Assembly (NCBI GenBank): GCA_951406725.2
Contig: OX597819.1
Location: 16,182,001-16,246,000, forward strand
Direction of reading: 5' to 3'
Length of the DNA: 64,000 nucleotides
From: Octopus vulgaris
Lineage: Eukaryota
The stretch's first letter is position 1; each line of letters begins with the position of its first letter. Below are positions 52,530-64,000 of this stretch, in pieces. A program made the position numbers and the translations under genes. Below the pieces are notes generated by a model. It did not search any database, was not told where the DNA came from, and was given only the letters and a program-made list of their open reading frames with translations.

Positions 52530-53890
52530 TAAGAATATTTAAGTAGGTGAATGAATTATCCTAGTATAGATAATTCGGTTAATCGATACCTGGGTAGCAA
52601 ATTCACGTCAGAAAACACGGTTGAAGCTACATGCCAAGGGCAAGACCCCGTGTTCCTGTGTGGAAATTTGTGTTTTTTTTATATGAATAAATGAAAAGAA
52701 TGGAGTCGAACGAAGATTTTAACAAAATTCCTTTACTTTCGACACATGTTTCGAAGACTGATTATTCTTAATTCCGAAGGAATAAAGTGTGCATTATGCC
52801 GTCTTCTCTTCAGGAAAGACAAAAAGCCTCTATCAGTCTCACGATGAACAAAAACTTTTTGATGACTGCCTACATTGTGTCTGCAGTGATAATGAGTGTT
52901 TTTTAAAAATTATCCGTTATTAGTAATGACGTCAAAATTGGTTGGAAGGAGGATGTATTAAAAATAGGAAGGGAACAAAAAGTTTGTTGTATGAATGGGG
53001 ATGCGCGGGTGCTTGCTTATGTTAATAAGTGTGAGTGTTTATGTGTGTGTATTAGTGTGTGTATATAACTGCTTTTGTGTCTATGTATGTGTGTGTGTGT
53101 GTAATTGTGTGTTGGGGGGAACAATTGTCAAATATATCTAGTAGTGGTGTAACAAATTTGTGTCTGTGTGTTTGATTGGTCGTATGATAGAGAGAGAGAA
53201 AGAGAGAGACGGGGAGAGGTAAAGAGATAGAGATAAAAATACGCCAATGGTATATAGTAGCACTGTTCCATGTAACGGGTTAGAAAGAAAGAATTTGTCT
53301 ATGGTAGTGGCGTAGAAGTAAAACTAATTATTAAAACCAAAGAGGTTATCTATATTATCTATCATTTATATGAGTGGAAAGTGTGTTTTTGCCAATGCTT
53401 GCACTTATACGATAATTCTATAATTGTGTTTACTTGGCGAAAAGTATATAGAAGAGTTCAGAATTACAAATGCCACAATATTTTCTGCCCTTATCAAAAG
53501 GAAAGAATACAGACAATATGGACCAATCCAACTTGAAAGTTATATTGTTGTCCTTAAGACGCCAAACCAATTCACTTAATCCTGTACTTTGTTGTTTTCT
53601 CCTATCACGGAAAGTTGAATAATGGTTGGAAATTCTCTCGGACAATTTTGAAGTTGACGAACCAATATAGAAGAAGACACCGGTACCGGAAGAAATTTTA
53701 CACTGGTAAATGGAATTTTTAATTTTGGAATTACTGGACAAGAATTTTAATCTATTAGGGTTTTCCTCCGATATCAAGACGGAGTTTTTATTGTTATGAT
53801 TGCCGTTTATATTACTGCTAGCGTTAACCACTACACTATTTATTTTATTGTTATTGTTTTTAATTGTACTATAACCGGCAATATCCCTGA
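52530..53890 (-). mobile_element. Penelope-like element 3' part: GIY-YIG endonuclease (ORF 53430-53831), 3' UTR and terminal repeat
   Basis: SIYQCKI..FYIGSST..RISNHYSTF..STGLSELVWRLK..W..CGICNSE, then KCKHWQKH* in another frame; hammerhead downstream. Confidence 0.9.
52736..52818 (-). ncRNA. Type-I hammerhead ribozyme, intact core, downstream of PLE endonuclease
   Basis: CTTTC-CTGAAGA-GAAGAC..GTCTTC-GAAAC-ATGT-GTC-GAAAG: 5-bp stem I, 6-bp stem II base, GUC triplet. Confidence 0.85.
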
Positions 53891-54284
53891 TATTAGTGGA
53901 TTCAAATTAGCTGTCATATGTTCTTCACGTCACACCTTGCTGTTTGAAACGAATAAATAAATAAAAATGGGATGTTCATGGCTGGAATTTCTTTTGGTCA
54001 AGGGAATGGTGGCGATCTGGGATATCCCTGCTGTACTCTTTCGCCACAATTTCCTCTCACTCTTTCTTCTGTTGGTCTGCTCGCTTAGCCAGCGGGGTGG
54101 CGTCATTTGAAGGCTAAAACAATGCGAAACGCATTGTGGCCAGCGATGTATAGCAACATCTGATAGTCTTGTCGGTCACGGTGATCACGGTGTCTGTCTA
54201 TCCATATATATATATATATATATGGATAGACAAACAGATAAATAGATAGAGAGATAGGTATGTATGTATGTGTTTATTATTTTA

Positions 54285-55032
54285 TTCACTTAGTTTTACA
54301 TATTTACACTTTTATCGCCTTCAAAGTATTCTCCATTTGAAGCAATGCATCGGTCCAGACACGTTTTTCACTATTCGAAGCAGTCCTGGAACTCTTGCGA
54401 AGTGATGCCTTTTAACGCTTCCATAATTTTTTCTCTTCACCTCTTCCACATCTGCAAATTCCGTAGTACCAGCTTTCATTACCAGTGGCGACCTTTGAAA
54501 AAAAAAAAAAGGTTTAGATCAACTTTCAACTCTTCTTTCAGTTCAAGACATGCAGTCAGTCGTGCCGAGCCCCGAGCCCCAGGACACACCAATCATATCA
54601 ACAAGTTCGTCAATGGTTCGGTGACGGTCCTCCAAGATAAGTTCGTTAATTTTTATGGTGATTTCATTCGGGAGGTCGACGGTCGTCCTGAACGAGGTTG
54701 GTCTTCAAGCGACAAGTGACCATTCCTAAAGCGTGAAAATCACTCGTAAACTTGTATTTTGTTCATAGCAGCGCCCTTATGAACTATTTGAAGCTTGACA
54801 GCTGTTTCGGCCGCCATTTTTCCCAGCAGCAAATAGTATTTCACGGAAGTACGCTGTTCCTTCGTTTCAGCCATCGCAAAAATCGATAAACAGAGGTGAA
54901 GCACAGCAAAACAAAGACGCAACACGTGGAACCACGACATCAGTCGACGACGCCGGTTGGAAGGCTGATGCCTGAGGGTTGCGTCAAGTGGCTTCTAGAG
55001 AACGTTTCCGGTTACTTTTAGGTACCCCTACG
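54285..55032 (-). mobile_element. Internally deleted mariner transposon
   Basis: N-terminus EQRTSVKYYLLLGKMAAET..VYE*FSRFRNGHLSLEDQPRSGRPST; C-terminus CLDRCIASNGEYFEGDK; TIR-like GGGGTACCTAAAAGTAACCGGAA near 55030. Confidence 0.85.
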
Positions 55033-55110
55033 AATGTTTGTACATCTGTATATAATTGAAATAGACATACATGCATAAATACATACACATGGATATCTAG
55101 TCTGTCATTC

Positions 55111-55144
<34 letters not shown>

Positions 55145-55153
55145 CACTCTCTC

Positions 55154-55252
<99 letters not shown>

Positions 55253-55269
55253 TCTGTCTATCTATCAAA

Positions 55270-55325
<56 letters not shown>

Positions 55326-55470
55326 GTATCTATTAATTTATCTTTATATGTGTATACATGTATGTATTTATATTTACAGGTATATATAGGAATGTATGTG
55401 CGTATTTATGTATATTTATATATACAGCTATGTACATCATATAAATATGGAAACATACATACATATATGG

Positions 55471-55501
<31 letters not shown>

Positions 55502-56084
55502 CATACATACATACATACATATGTCTGTGTGTGTATGTATGCATATATGTGTATATATATACGTATCCATATGTGTGTGTGCGTGTGTGTGTATCAGGTG
55601 ACAGTCAGGAGTTTCAGTATATGTAACCTAATAAAACCACCTGGTTAGTGGATATTATGTTAACTTACTTTCAATTATTAATTGAAGCGTGACGTTATTG
55701 TTTGGAGAGTCATCCAGGTGTAGGTGCTCTGTCTGGTCTTTCTACCGTTTTGTGTAAAGAAGACACTAAGACACTTTCTGGTGCATGTGTGGGTGGTGTA
55801 TGAGTGTGTGCTTATGCATACACGCTCTAGAAACATATCTATGCATATATTCAGTTTAGCCATTCATAAATGACCACGTGTGTGTGTGTGTGTGTGTTTG
55901 TAATATAAATAAATACTTCCCAAAATATCGAGAAAATATTTTCATGCAAAAATCTATCAAAGTGCTCGATAAAATGAAACGATTAATATCAGTGCTTTGT
56001 AGACGCTTATATATATATATATATATATATATATACGTAAGCACTCTATATACCCTTATACATACAAACGTATATGTATGTGAG

Positions 56085-56340
56085 TACTCCCGTGCCGGTG
56101 GCACGTAAAAAGCACCATTCGAGTGTGGTCGATGCCAGTACCACCCGACTGGCCCATTTGCCAGTGGCACGTAAAAAGCACCAATTACACTCTCGAAGTT
56201 GTTGGCGTTAGGAAGGGCATCCAGCTGTAGAAGCCTTGCCAGATCAGATTGGGGCTTGGTGCAGCCTCCTGACTTGATAGTCCTCAGTACAACCGTCCAG
56301 CCCATGCCAGCATGGAAAGCGGTCGTTAAATGATGATGTA
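56085..56340 (+). mobile_element. SINE family D (RTE-like GAT tail), followed by a family B head at 56350-56497
   Basis: GTGGCACGTAAAAAGCACCA duplicated, TTGGCGTTAGGAAGGGCATCCAGCTGTAGAA, ends CGTTAAATGATGATG. Confidence 0.7.
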
Positions 56341-56534
56341 TCTATGTATGGCTGTGGCTGTGTGGTTAGCCGATTGCTTCCCAACCACATGGTTCCGGGT
56401 TCAGTCCCACTACGTGGCACCTTGGGTAAGTATCTTCTACTATAGCCTCGGCCTGACCAATGCTTTGTAAGCGGATTTGGCATATGGAAACTGAAAGTAT
56501 CCTCTAAAGGAGAGATAATATCCGTCCGTCCGAC

Positions 56535-56660
<126 letters not shown>

Positions 56661-57126
56661 CTGCTTTGTTTATTCTAAGCTGTATGTATGCAAGTCGTTC
56701 CTCCGAGTTTCTCGTTCTTTAGAGGAATGATTTTATTCTATTCTTCTTCACTGTACCCGTATGAACCCACAATCACATGTGTGCGTGTGTGTAGTTATGT
56801 GTGTTTACGTGTGTATATGTCTGGCTTTTGTGCGTGTCTGCTTGTATTTATTAGATACTCAGGCCAAGCAAAGAATTCCTTCTCGGTTAGTGGATTCAAA
56901 TTAGCTGTCATATGTCCTTCACGTCACACCTTGCTATTTGAAATGAATAAATAAATAAAAATGAGATGTTCATGGCTGGAATTTCTTTTGGTCAAGGGTC
57001 TGCTGGAACATGTTTGATTTCAAGCTCAACAGCAGCAACGACAACAACACCATCATCAACAGGATCACCAATAAATCCAGTTATGAAAACTCTTGTCTAT
57101 AACGCTCTCTGTGTTTCTTGTTACAG

Positions 57127-57298
57127 ATGTTGTTCACTGCCCTGCGAGATTCCGACTGCAACGTCAACTGTACGAACATTAGAAGGAAGACGTTGTGTGC
57201 ATCCGATGGTTTATCTTACCAAACCCGTTGTGATATTCAGCGGGCTCTTCAATGCAAGAACTGGACCGTTGGCACCGATCATAGGCGGCCCTGCCCAA
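57127..57298 (+). CDS. SMOC: Internal exon encoding a Kazal/follistatin-like domain, probable SMOC (SPARC-related modular calcium-binding protein; pentagone/magu) homologue
   Basis: Acceptor ..CTCTCTGTGTTTCTTGTTACAG|, donor |GTAAGC; 172 nt, phase 0 to phase 1. MLFTALRDSDCNVNCTNIRRKTLCASDGLSYQTRCDIQRALQCKNWTVGTDHRRPCP aligns by recall with vertebrate SMOC RDPQCNLHC..ICASDGRSYESMCEYQRAKC..HRGRC. Kazal call is firm; SMOC identity less so. Confidence 0.8.
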
Positions 57299-57446
57299 GT
57301 AAGCAAACACATCTTCCTTTCTTTCACTGTTCTTTTCTCTTCTATCTTTCTCCTCCTTATTTCTCGCATTCCACTTTATTTACTGACATCATTAAAACAA
57401 CCCCCATATTCACCTCCCGTGTCACTTCACCACCACCACCACCACC

Positions 57447-57478
<32 letters not shown>

Positions 57479-57486
57479 CAACAAGT

Positions 57487-57700
57487 GGAGGCGCAATGGC
57501 CCAATGGTTAGGGCAGCGGACTCGCGGTCGGAGGATCGCGGTTTCGATTCCCAGACCGGGCATTGTGTGTGTTTATTGAGCGAAAACACCTAAGGCTCCA
57601 CGAGGCTCCGGCAGGGGGTGGTGGCGACCTCTGTTGTACTCTTTCGCTCCAACTTCCTCTCACTCTTTCTTCCTCTTTCTTCCTACGCAACCGCTGAGCC
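57487..57700 (+). mobile_element. SINE family C with clear A box (TGGCCCAATGG) and B box (GGTTTCGATTCCC)
   Basis: Matches 18843; inserted after (CAC)n(CAA)n about 190 bp into the intron following the exon. Confidence 0.85.
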
Positions 57701-57899
57701 TGGATGTGCATTCATCTATCCGTCGATGCTCTCGGTGTCGGGGGTTGACCTGCTTTCTCTTCTGCGGGTCTTACGAATAGCAAAGGACCACGTTTCGGAC
57801 TTCTCCCACCGGGAAGAAGACCACTTCGCTCAACAGTACAGCACCGCTCAACACGTTTTTCATTCACAATACTACTGACACTCCGCCACCATTTTATGT

Positions 57900-60800
57900 A
57901 TGTAATTTTGTTACCTGTTATATAGAATCTATATGAGAACACTCCACAATTCGCCCAGTAAGCTGTATACGGACGGCTGTTGAACTCTTTGCATCTCTCC
58001 TGTAAGAAACTAGAAATTATGAAGACAGAATATTCATTAGATCCAAAGACAATATTTATTACATGATTGTCTTAGATATTTTCTCCGGTACCGATGATCC
58101 GTTATAAGCTTGCTTTGGTTCGTGTACCCTTGAGTTGCTTGCTAACAAGACGAGCTTTTTAGAAGGATTAGCTCGGCTACAATGTGAAGGGTCGAAGCGA
58201 TTATTGATATCTATGGGATTTTCTTTTCTTGTGTCTCATTTCACATTTGCGTGTTTAAAACGATTCTCTTCAAACTGCTTGGCCTCATTGCGTGTATATT
58301 TTTCCACGATGCCCTATTAACTGCATTTTTTTTCTCATCTGGTCCTTTTCCAGTCCATTAGTTCTCCATAGGGTAGACGCTTTGGAATATTCCCATCTTC
58401 TACACAAACCAAATGATCTCCCCAACATCAGCTGCTACATCGCAAATGAGCTTCCTTGCTTACAACAGTTGCTAACTCCAAAATCTCAAACATCACTTCG
58501 ATATTCACTCTAAGATATACAAGGGAATTTTGTCGAAGACGCTTCTACTGAAAACGCAATTGTCTAACACATTTCGAATATTCCTCGGTTAGTTCTGATC
58601 CGCAACCTTACGACCAAAGCCATGCTAACCGTCGCGCTCAGTATACAATATTTAAGACCACATTAATATACACTTTCTACTATAGGGACAAAGCCTAAAA
58701 TTTTGAGGGAGGGAGCTAGTTGATTACATCGATCGCAGTGCTCAACTGGTACTTATCTTATCGACCTCTGTATTTGAATTCAGAACGTAAAGACAGACAA
58801 GATGGCATTATGCATTTTGTCGGTGTGCTAACGATGATACCAGCTTGCCGTCTTAGAATAGATTGATATATAATTCCCTTATTTAAGAATATTATTGAGG
58901 AAGATTTGGTTGCTATTTCTACCAGACTGAGTGATCACATAGAGGCTTCTGCGTTAGTTTATGTTGCTGTGGTTATGCTGTCCTTATTGATGATAATATG
59001 CTTGTTGTTGCTGACGATGTTGCTTTTGTTTTTATTGTTCATGTTGTTGTTGCTCGTGACGTTGATGTTATTGTTATTGCTGCTGTTGTTGAAATTGTCA
59101 ATGCTTAACCTACCCGCCGTCCAGCCCACATCACTCCTCACCAACAATTCTTTAATAAATCCATGTGTAACGGTTTAGCTGGGACAATCCAGCCATCTCC
59201 ATTGATTAAACGGCAGAAATAATTAATATTGAAGAAGGGGAATGAGAAAGCAGAGAGGAGAAGAAGATCAGTCTCACAAATAGATTTTAATTAAATATTT
59301 ATTATTAGTCAGAGAACGGTCTTTGGAAAGGGCACTTGCCCTTCGTATCCAGGGTGATCACGAATCTGTTGTGGTCCTCTACTGGTCATAGATGAAATAC
59401 GTTCTGTATCAGAAGGATATCATCATTATTATTATTAGTAGTAGTATACCATGTCTACTTATATTTCATGGCTGTTTTGTTAATCATTCCATTTTCTCTC
59501 AAACTCAAACATTGGTCATATAGAGAAAGGTTTTCTTACCTTTGTTTCATCGCAGTATTCTGTAGTCTCATTGTTGCTGAGATTTTGATTTTTTCCCCCA
59601 ATTTCTGCTGCTCGTTCTCCCTTTTCTGTCCTTTCAACCTCTGTTTTATGTGTCTTGGCTTCCTTGAAGATAGAAAATTCTTTTGTTTTGTTCGTGTTTT
59701 GTAACGTTTTTTTGTATTAGTTTCCTGTTATACATAGATATTTATGTAGTTCTAAAATAGATATTTTATGATAGTTTCTTGTTACATGAAGCCTAACACC
59801 CTAAATTCGTTCCAAATATAATCATTTTATGTGAGATTTTAGGAGGTACATTGTAAACGCATTTATTAATTTTAGCGTTGGAGCATCTAGAGCGCTGGTA
59901 CCTAGAGTACCTTCTATCTAATTTTTTTGTACTTTGTTTTAAGTTATAATCTTGTGCGTATATATTATTCTTTCATTATATTTTCTTTCATTGATTTCTA
60001 AGTATTTGTTTGCACCTCTTTGTGGTAATTCTCACATAGAAGCTTCTTTAGTATTCTTAATTTTCCTCCTGTGAAGGTTCTTTTGGTGTATTTCAGTAAT
60101 CTGAATCTCGTATCACTTTCTCTAAAAACCATGTACTCTCTGCTGTAGTGTTTCTAGTTGTTTATTATCTGCAGCATACAGTCTGAGGTCGTCCACATAC
60201 AAATGATGGTTGATTGTGTTTTCGTAGCATTTGTATGCAAGTCCAGTTTGATTTAACCTGTCGGTTGGAGGTATGGAGAGGAATCCCTTTCGAATTTTAT
60301 GATTCTAATGATAAATTTTTTAAAAATTCCTTCTTTTACTTTTCTCTACAAAATTGGCTGTTACCGATTCTTGACGTTTCGTGTGTCTTCTCATTACTAG
60401 TGGTACCTTACCGTTAGTTAATGTTTCCTGAAAACATTTGTGAGAAACACTGTCAAAAGCTTTCTGAGATTCATCCAATGACATACTCAGATCTTTCTCC
60501 TCTCATTCTTCGATTATGGGTTGATCAGTAATTGATCTTTACACCTCGGCAGCATTCTTTCTGGTCTCCTAGGAAGGGAACAAGTTTTTCCCTTTATTTA
60601 TCCAGCAGTATTATTGCTGTTAAAGCTTTGTAGGATGTAGCAAGTCATGTTATGGGTCCTTAGTTTTGAGTGGTTATTTTCATATTTCTTCAGTCTTGAT
60701 AATTAACATGGTTTCACCTCAGTGAACCAGTAAAGAGCTACTTCTGGTCCTTATTTTAAAGAGAAATTTGGAATAATTACATGTCGTTGTGTCTTCTAAT

Positions 60801-62400
60801 TTTACAACGTTTGCGTCCCTTCTTCTGTTGCTGTGCTTTGCTCCCTCACCTCAGATATATTCATAGTTTGGAACATTCTCGTCTGTGATGATTCTTTCCA
60901 TATCCATATTATTCCCCCCAAATTCTTCTACACATATTGTTGTTGCATTGATATCTACATTATTTTTACCAAGTTCTTGATATAATCTATTTTGTTCAAA
61001 GAATCCTTGTGGATTTTGCTATCGACAAATTCTTTGCGATTTTGGGGGGGAATCTCTTGTTTCAGATGTTCTTTGATTTCGGATTCTTCTTTTTGATATT
61101 TTATATTTCTCTTATATTTATCTCCTCTTCCATTCTTTTGTTTTTGTTTCAACCGAATTATATTATTTTTTTAAGAACTGAGAGCGAGTTTTCTTATCTT
61201 CTTTTTTTTCTTCTGTATATTAGCTTTCCCTGTTGGTTGCTTTGTTCTTGATATTCTTTTACGTCTGGTTCTGAGAGACTATCTTCTTACCTTTCTAATT
61301 ACAGTGGTTACTTCATATATTATTTCATTCAGCCTGTTGATATTATGTTTTGTGTCTGTTTTAATTAAGTTTATCAAAGCCACGCTTGACTTTCCGTTAT
61401 TGGTGCTACTTTATCGTTGAGTTACATTTTGGGGATGTAATTTCTTGACAAAGATACTTCTTGTTTGTAATTCTTGAATTATTTCCATCTTTAAGATCTC
61501 ATCATATTTCCTTTTATCATCTTATTTTTGTTTGCATTATTCTACTTCTATTTTTGCCGATTTACATTCTGTAAGTATTTTACTGTTCGGTTTTGTTATG
61601 TTTTGTTATTTTCATATATTTGTGTTTTGTGCTTGTTGCTTCCGTCGTATTCTTTCTATTAAAAGATCTATCTAAATTTCTGGTATTTTTCCGTTTTGAA
61701 AATATACCCCTTAAGTCATCTATTTGTGCCCGAGAGCGTATTTAAATTTGGCTGTTTTCTCAACAAATCATATACGAATATATTGTCGTAATTTTGTTTA
61801 GGTGGAGTAATGCCGCTGTGAAGTACACATGTACAAACAAAACGTATTCCTCCTTTGTTCATTTCTGTTTTATTTGCGAGATCTGAATAGACCTTAATAA
61901 TCATTTTAGAGGAATTCTGATTTACTTGCTCTTGGTCATGTCGAATTTTGCATACGCCATTTCTCGTACTTACTATACATCAGATTCAAAGTACGAATCT
62001 ATGTTGATACAACACCTGTTCCAATAATTGGTTTACACAAGATGTAAGAATACCCGGGATTATGGACATTTGTAATACATCAGTTATATATAGTAAGGAC
62101 CAATTCTTCAACATTTTCGACAATTTACTCGATTTGATTTGTTGTTTAATCGTTGTAGTTGGATATTTTTCGGACCATCCAAGCAACATTCTTTTATGTT
62201 AAACGCTCTCAGCATCATGTTGACCTCGTAGTGCAATCGTTGATGCACTGAAATAACACCAAACTATTTCCGTTGCTCTCACTCTCCTCGCAAAAATCAG
62301 GTTCTTCTTTAAGCTTAAGAATAATTTGAGTTTGGTTTTTAATTGCCACGTCTTAGACAGTTTTTCAAATTCCTTTGCTGAGATGTTTCTATCAGTAGGC
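57900..62400 (-). mobile_element. Long, heavily decayed R4/Dong-type LINE
   Basis: INHHLYVDDLR RT motif at about 60183-60215 (-); A-rich Lys/Glu-biased coding remnants; ends at (ATT)n. Interrupted by SINE remnants; boundaries approximate. Confidence 0.65.
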
Positions 62401-62401
62401 A

Positions 62402-62457
<56 letters not shown>

Positions 62458-62458
<1 letters not shown>

Positions 62459-62634
62459 GAGTGAGAGAGCAGTTCATGCCATCAAAGTGACACTGAGGTA
62501 AAATATACGAAGCCCAATATACCCATCATGACTACCCGTCTGATAAGGGTACACTAGGCACATGCATCACAACCATATGTGCGCGACATGGTGATCTCAT
62601 ATCAAGATAAATAGCACATGACCTTGCAGGTGGG

Positions 62635-62666
<32 letters not shown>

Positions 62667-63001
62667 CATTATTATTATTATTTTGGTTTGTCTCAGGTTC
62701 GGTCTTATTCCTAGTGGGGATTCTGTGGGTAGCGGGTTACTACCTGTGATTTTAGATATTCACAAGTTTACAGCAGCCTTTCAAGTGCTTAGAACCCTCC
62801 CCATAATCCTTGCTGTCCCTAAAAGACAAACATTCTGTAGAAGCTCTACTGGGCATTCTATTTCAATCACCCTCAGCCACTGGTCTAGATCTTGGCTTAT
62901 TGTTCCCAACGCACCAATAATTATAGGCACGACCTTTACTGTTCACATGCTCCAAATTCTTCCTATTTCAAATGTATTCTCTATTATCATCATCATCATC
63001 A

Positions 63002-63044
<43 letters not shown>

Positions 63045-63668
63045 CATTATTGCCTGTACACAGCTTCTAACGCTGGAGATGTACTACGGTGTCAGCTGTT
63101 CACTACCAGTGAACTATGGTAACACCTCTTACTTTTCGAACACCTCCCGGAGTATTCGAGAGGTTCCAAGCAGTGCGATTTTCTGCTCGACCCTTATTGC
63201 CGGCCCTATTTGTTCCATGTACTTCTCGAGATTTTTACTCACTGTTCCCAAGGCTCCGACAATTATTGGTACCACTACCACCTTTTCCATCGACCACAAC
63301 TACTTTACCTCCCAAGCTAACCTGTCGTATCTATCGACTTTTCTTTCTCCTTGTCGTATACCTTGTTGTCAGCTGGGCATGCTAGATCTATGATCCAGCA
63401 AAGTTTGCTTTCTTTCTCAATTAAAACTATGTCTGGCTTCCTATTCTCTATCTCATGTTTGCACTGAATCATAGGATATGTGCATTATCATTTTCAATGA
63501 TGCCTTCGGGTTTGTGATCGTACCAATTTTTTGCTCTGTCAAGTCCATACTTGTTGCAAAGTGTCCAATGGACAATCCTTGTCGTGGCGTCTCTTATATT
63601 CCTTCTGGGCTAGTGGTGTACATTGGTTGGTGATATACCATACGGTTTTACCCTTGTGTCCACAGATT
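62458..63668 (-). mobile_element. Three stacked (ATT)n-separated R4/Dong-associated fragments (62458-62635, 62683-62985, 63050-63668)
   Basis: 63050-63668 is the same family as 36134-36990 (GCCTGT.CACAG.TTCTAACGCTGGAGATGTAC). 62683-62985 encodes VKVVPIIIGALGTI..LQNVCLLGTARIMGRVL. 62458-62635 matches 11537-11680 (its strand is uncertain). Confidence 0.85.
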
Positions 63669-63683
63669 CTTCTTCTTCTTCTT

Positions 63684-63714
<31 letters not shown>

Positions 63715-63951
63715 GTATTATTACCTACAGACGAGAAATGCATCAAATATTTCCTTTCATAAAACAAAGATGTCAATGGTTAACGAAAGTGCGCAAAAAT
63801 GTAACCAAAATGTAAAAAAGCGAAAATTTTAATAACTTGAAAATTCAGATGTTCAGTGATAGAGATGTCTAAAACTACACAAAGTTAACAAAATGTTCAC
63901 CGTTAACAAATATTATGTCAAGAATTAGTTTAATATACTTACAGAACAAGA

Positions 63952-64000
63952 TGGCGAGCTGGCAGAAACGTTAGCGCGTCGGGCAAAACGCTAAGCGGAA
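63952..64000 (+). mobile_element. SINE family A head (runs off window)
   Basis: GGCGAGCTGGCAGAAACGTTAGCGCGTCGGGCAAAACGCTAAGCGG. Confidence 0.75.

Overview
AT-rich, microsatellite-saturated eukaryotic DNA. It is most likely from an Octopus (coleoid cephalopod) genome; this is inferred from the abundant tRNA-derived SINE families and the density of (TA)n/(CA)n/(TATC)n/(ATT)n tracts. Nearly all ORFs in the supplied track are microsatellite artefacts. The only supportable host coding sequence is one 172-nt internal exon (57127-57298, +) encoding a six-cysteine Kazal/follistatin-like module that resembles exon 2 of SMOC (SMOC1/2, fly pentagone/magu), so much of the window is probably a very large intron or upstream region. 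The rest is mobile-element debris: at least four SINE families, CR1/L2-type, RTE and many R4/Dong-type LINE fragments, three Helitrons, a mariner remnant, a MITE, and many Penelope-like (PLE) fragments. The most interesting signals are at the RNA-structure level. (i) About a dozen minimal type-I hammerhead ribozyme motifs from several unrelated PLE-like families are present, two with intact cores. (ii) Three fold-back palindromes have their symmetry centres on the ribozyme motif. (iii) A covarying two-hairpin 3' tail is shared by two LINE families and the commonest SINE. (iv) TE classes appear partitioned among microsatellite types and biased antisense to the SMOC-like exon. No evidence for a wholly new protein-coding system was found. 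Coordinates of degenerate repeats are approximate.
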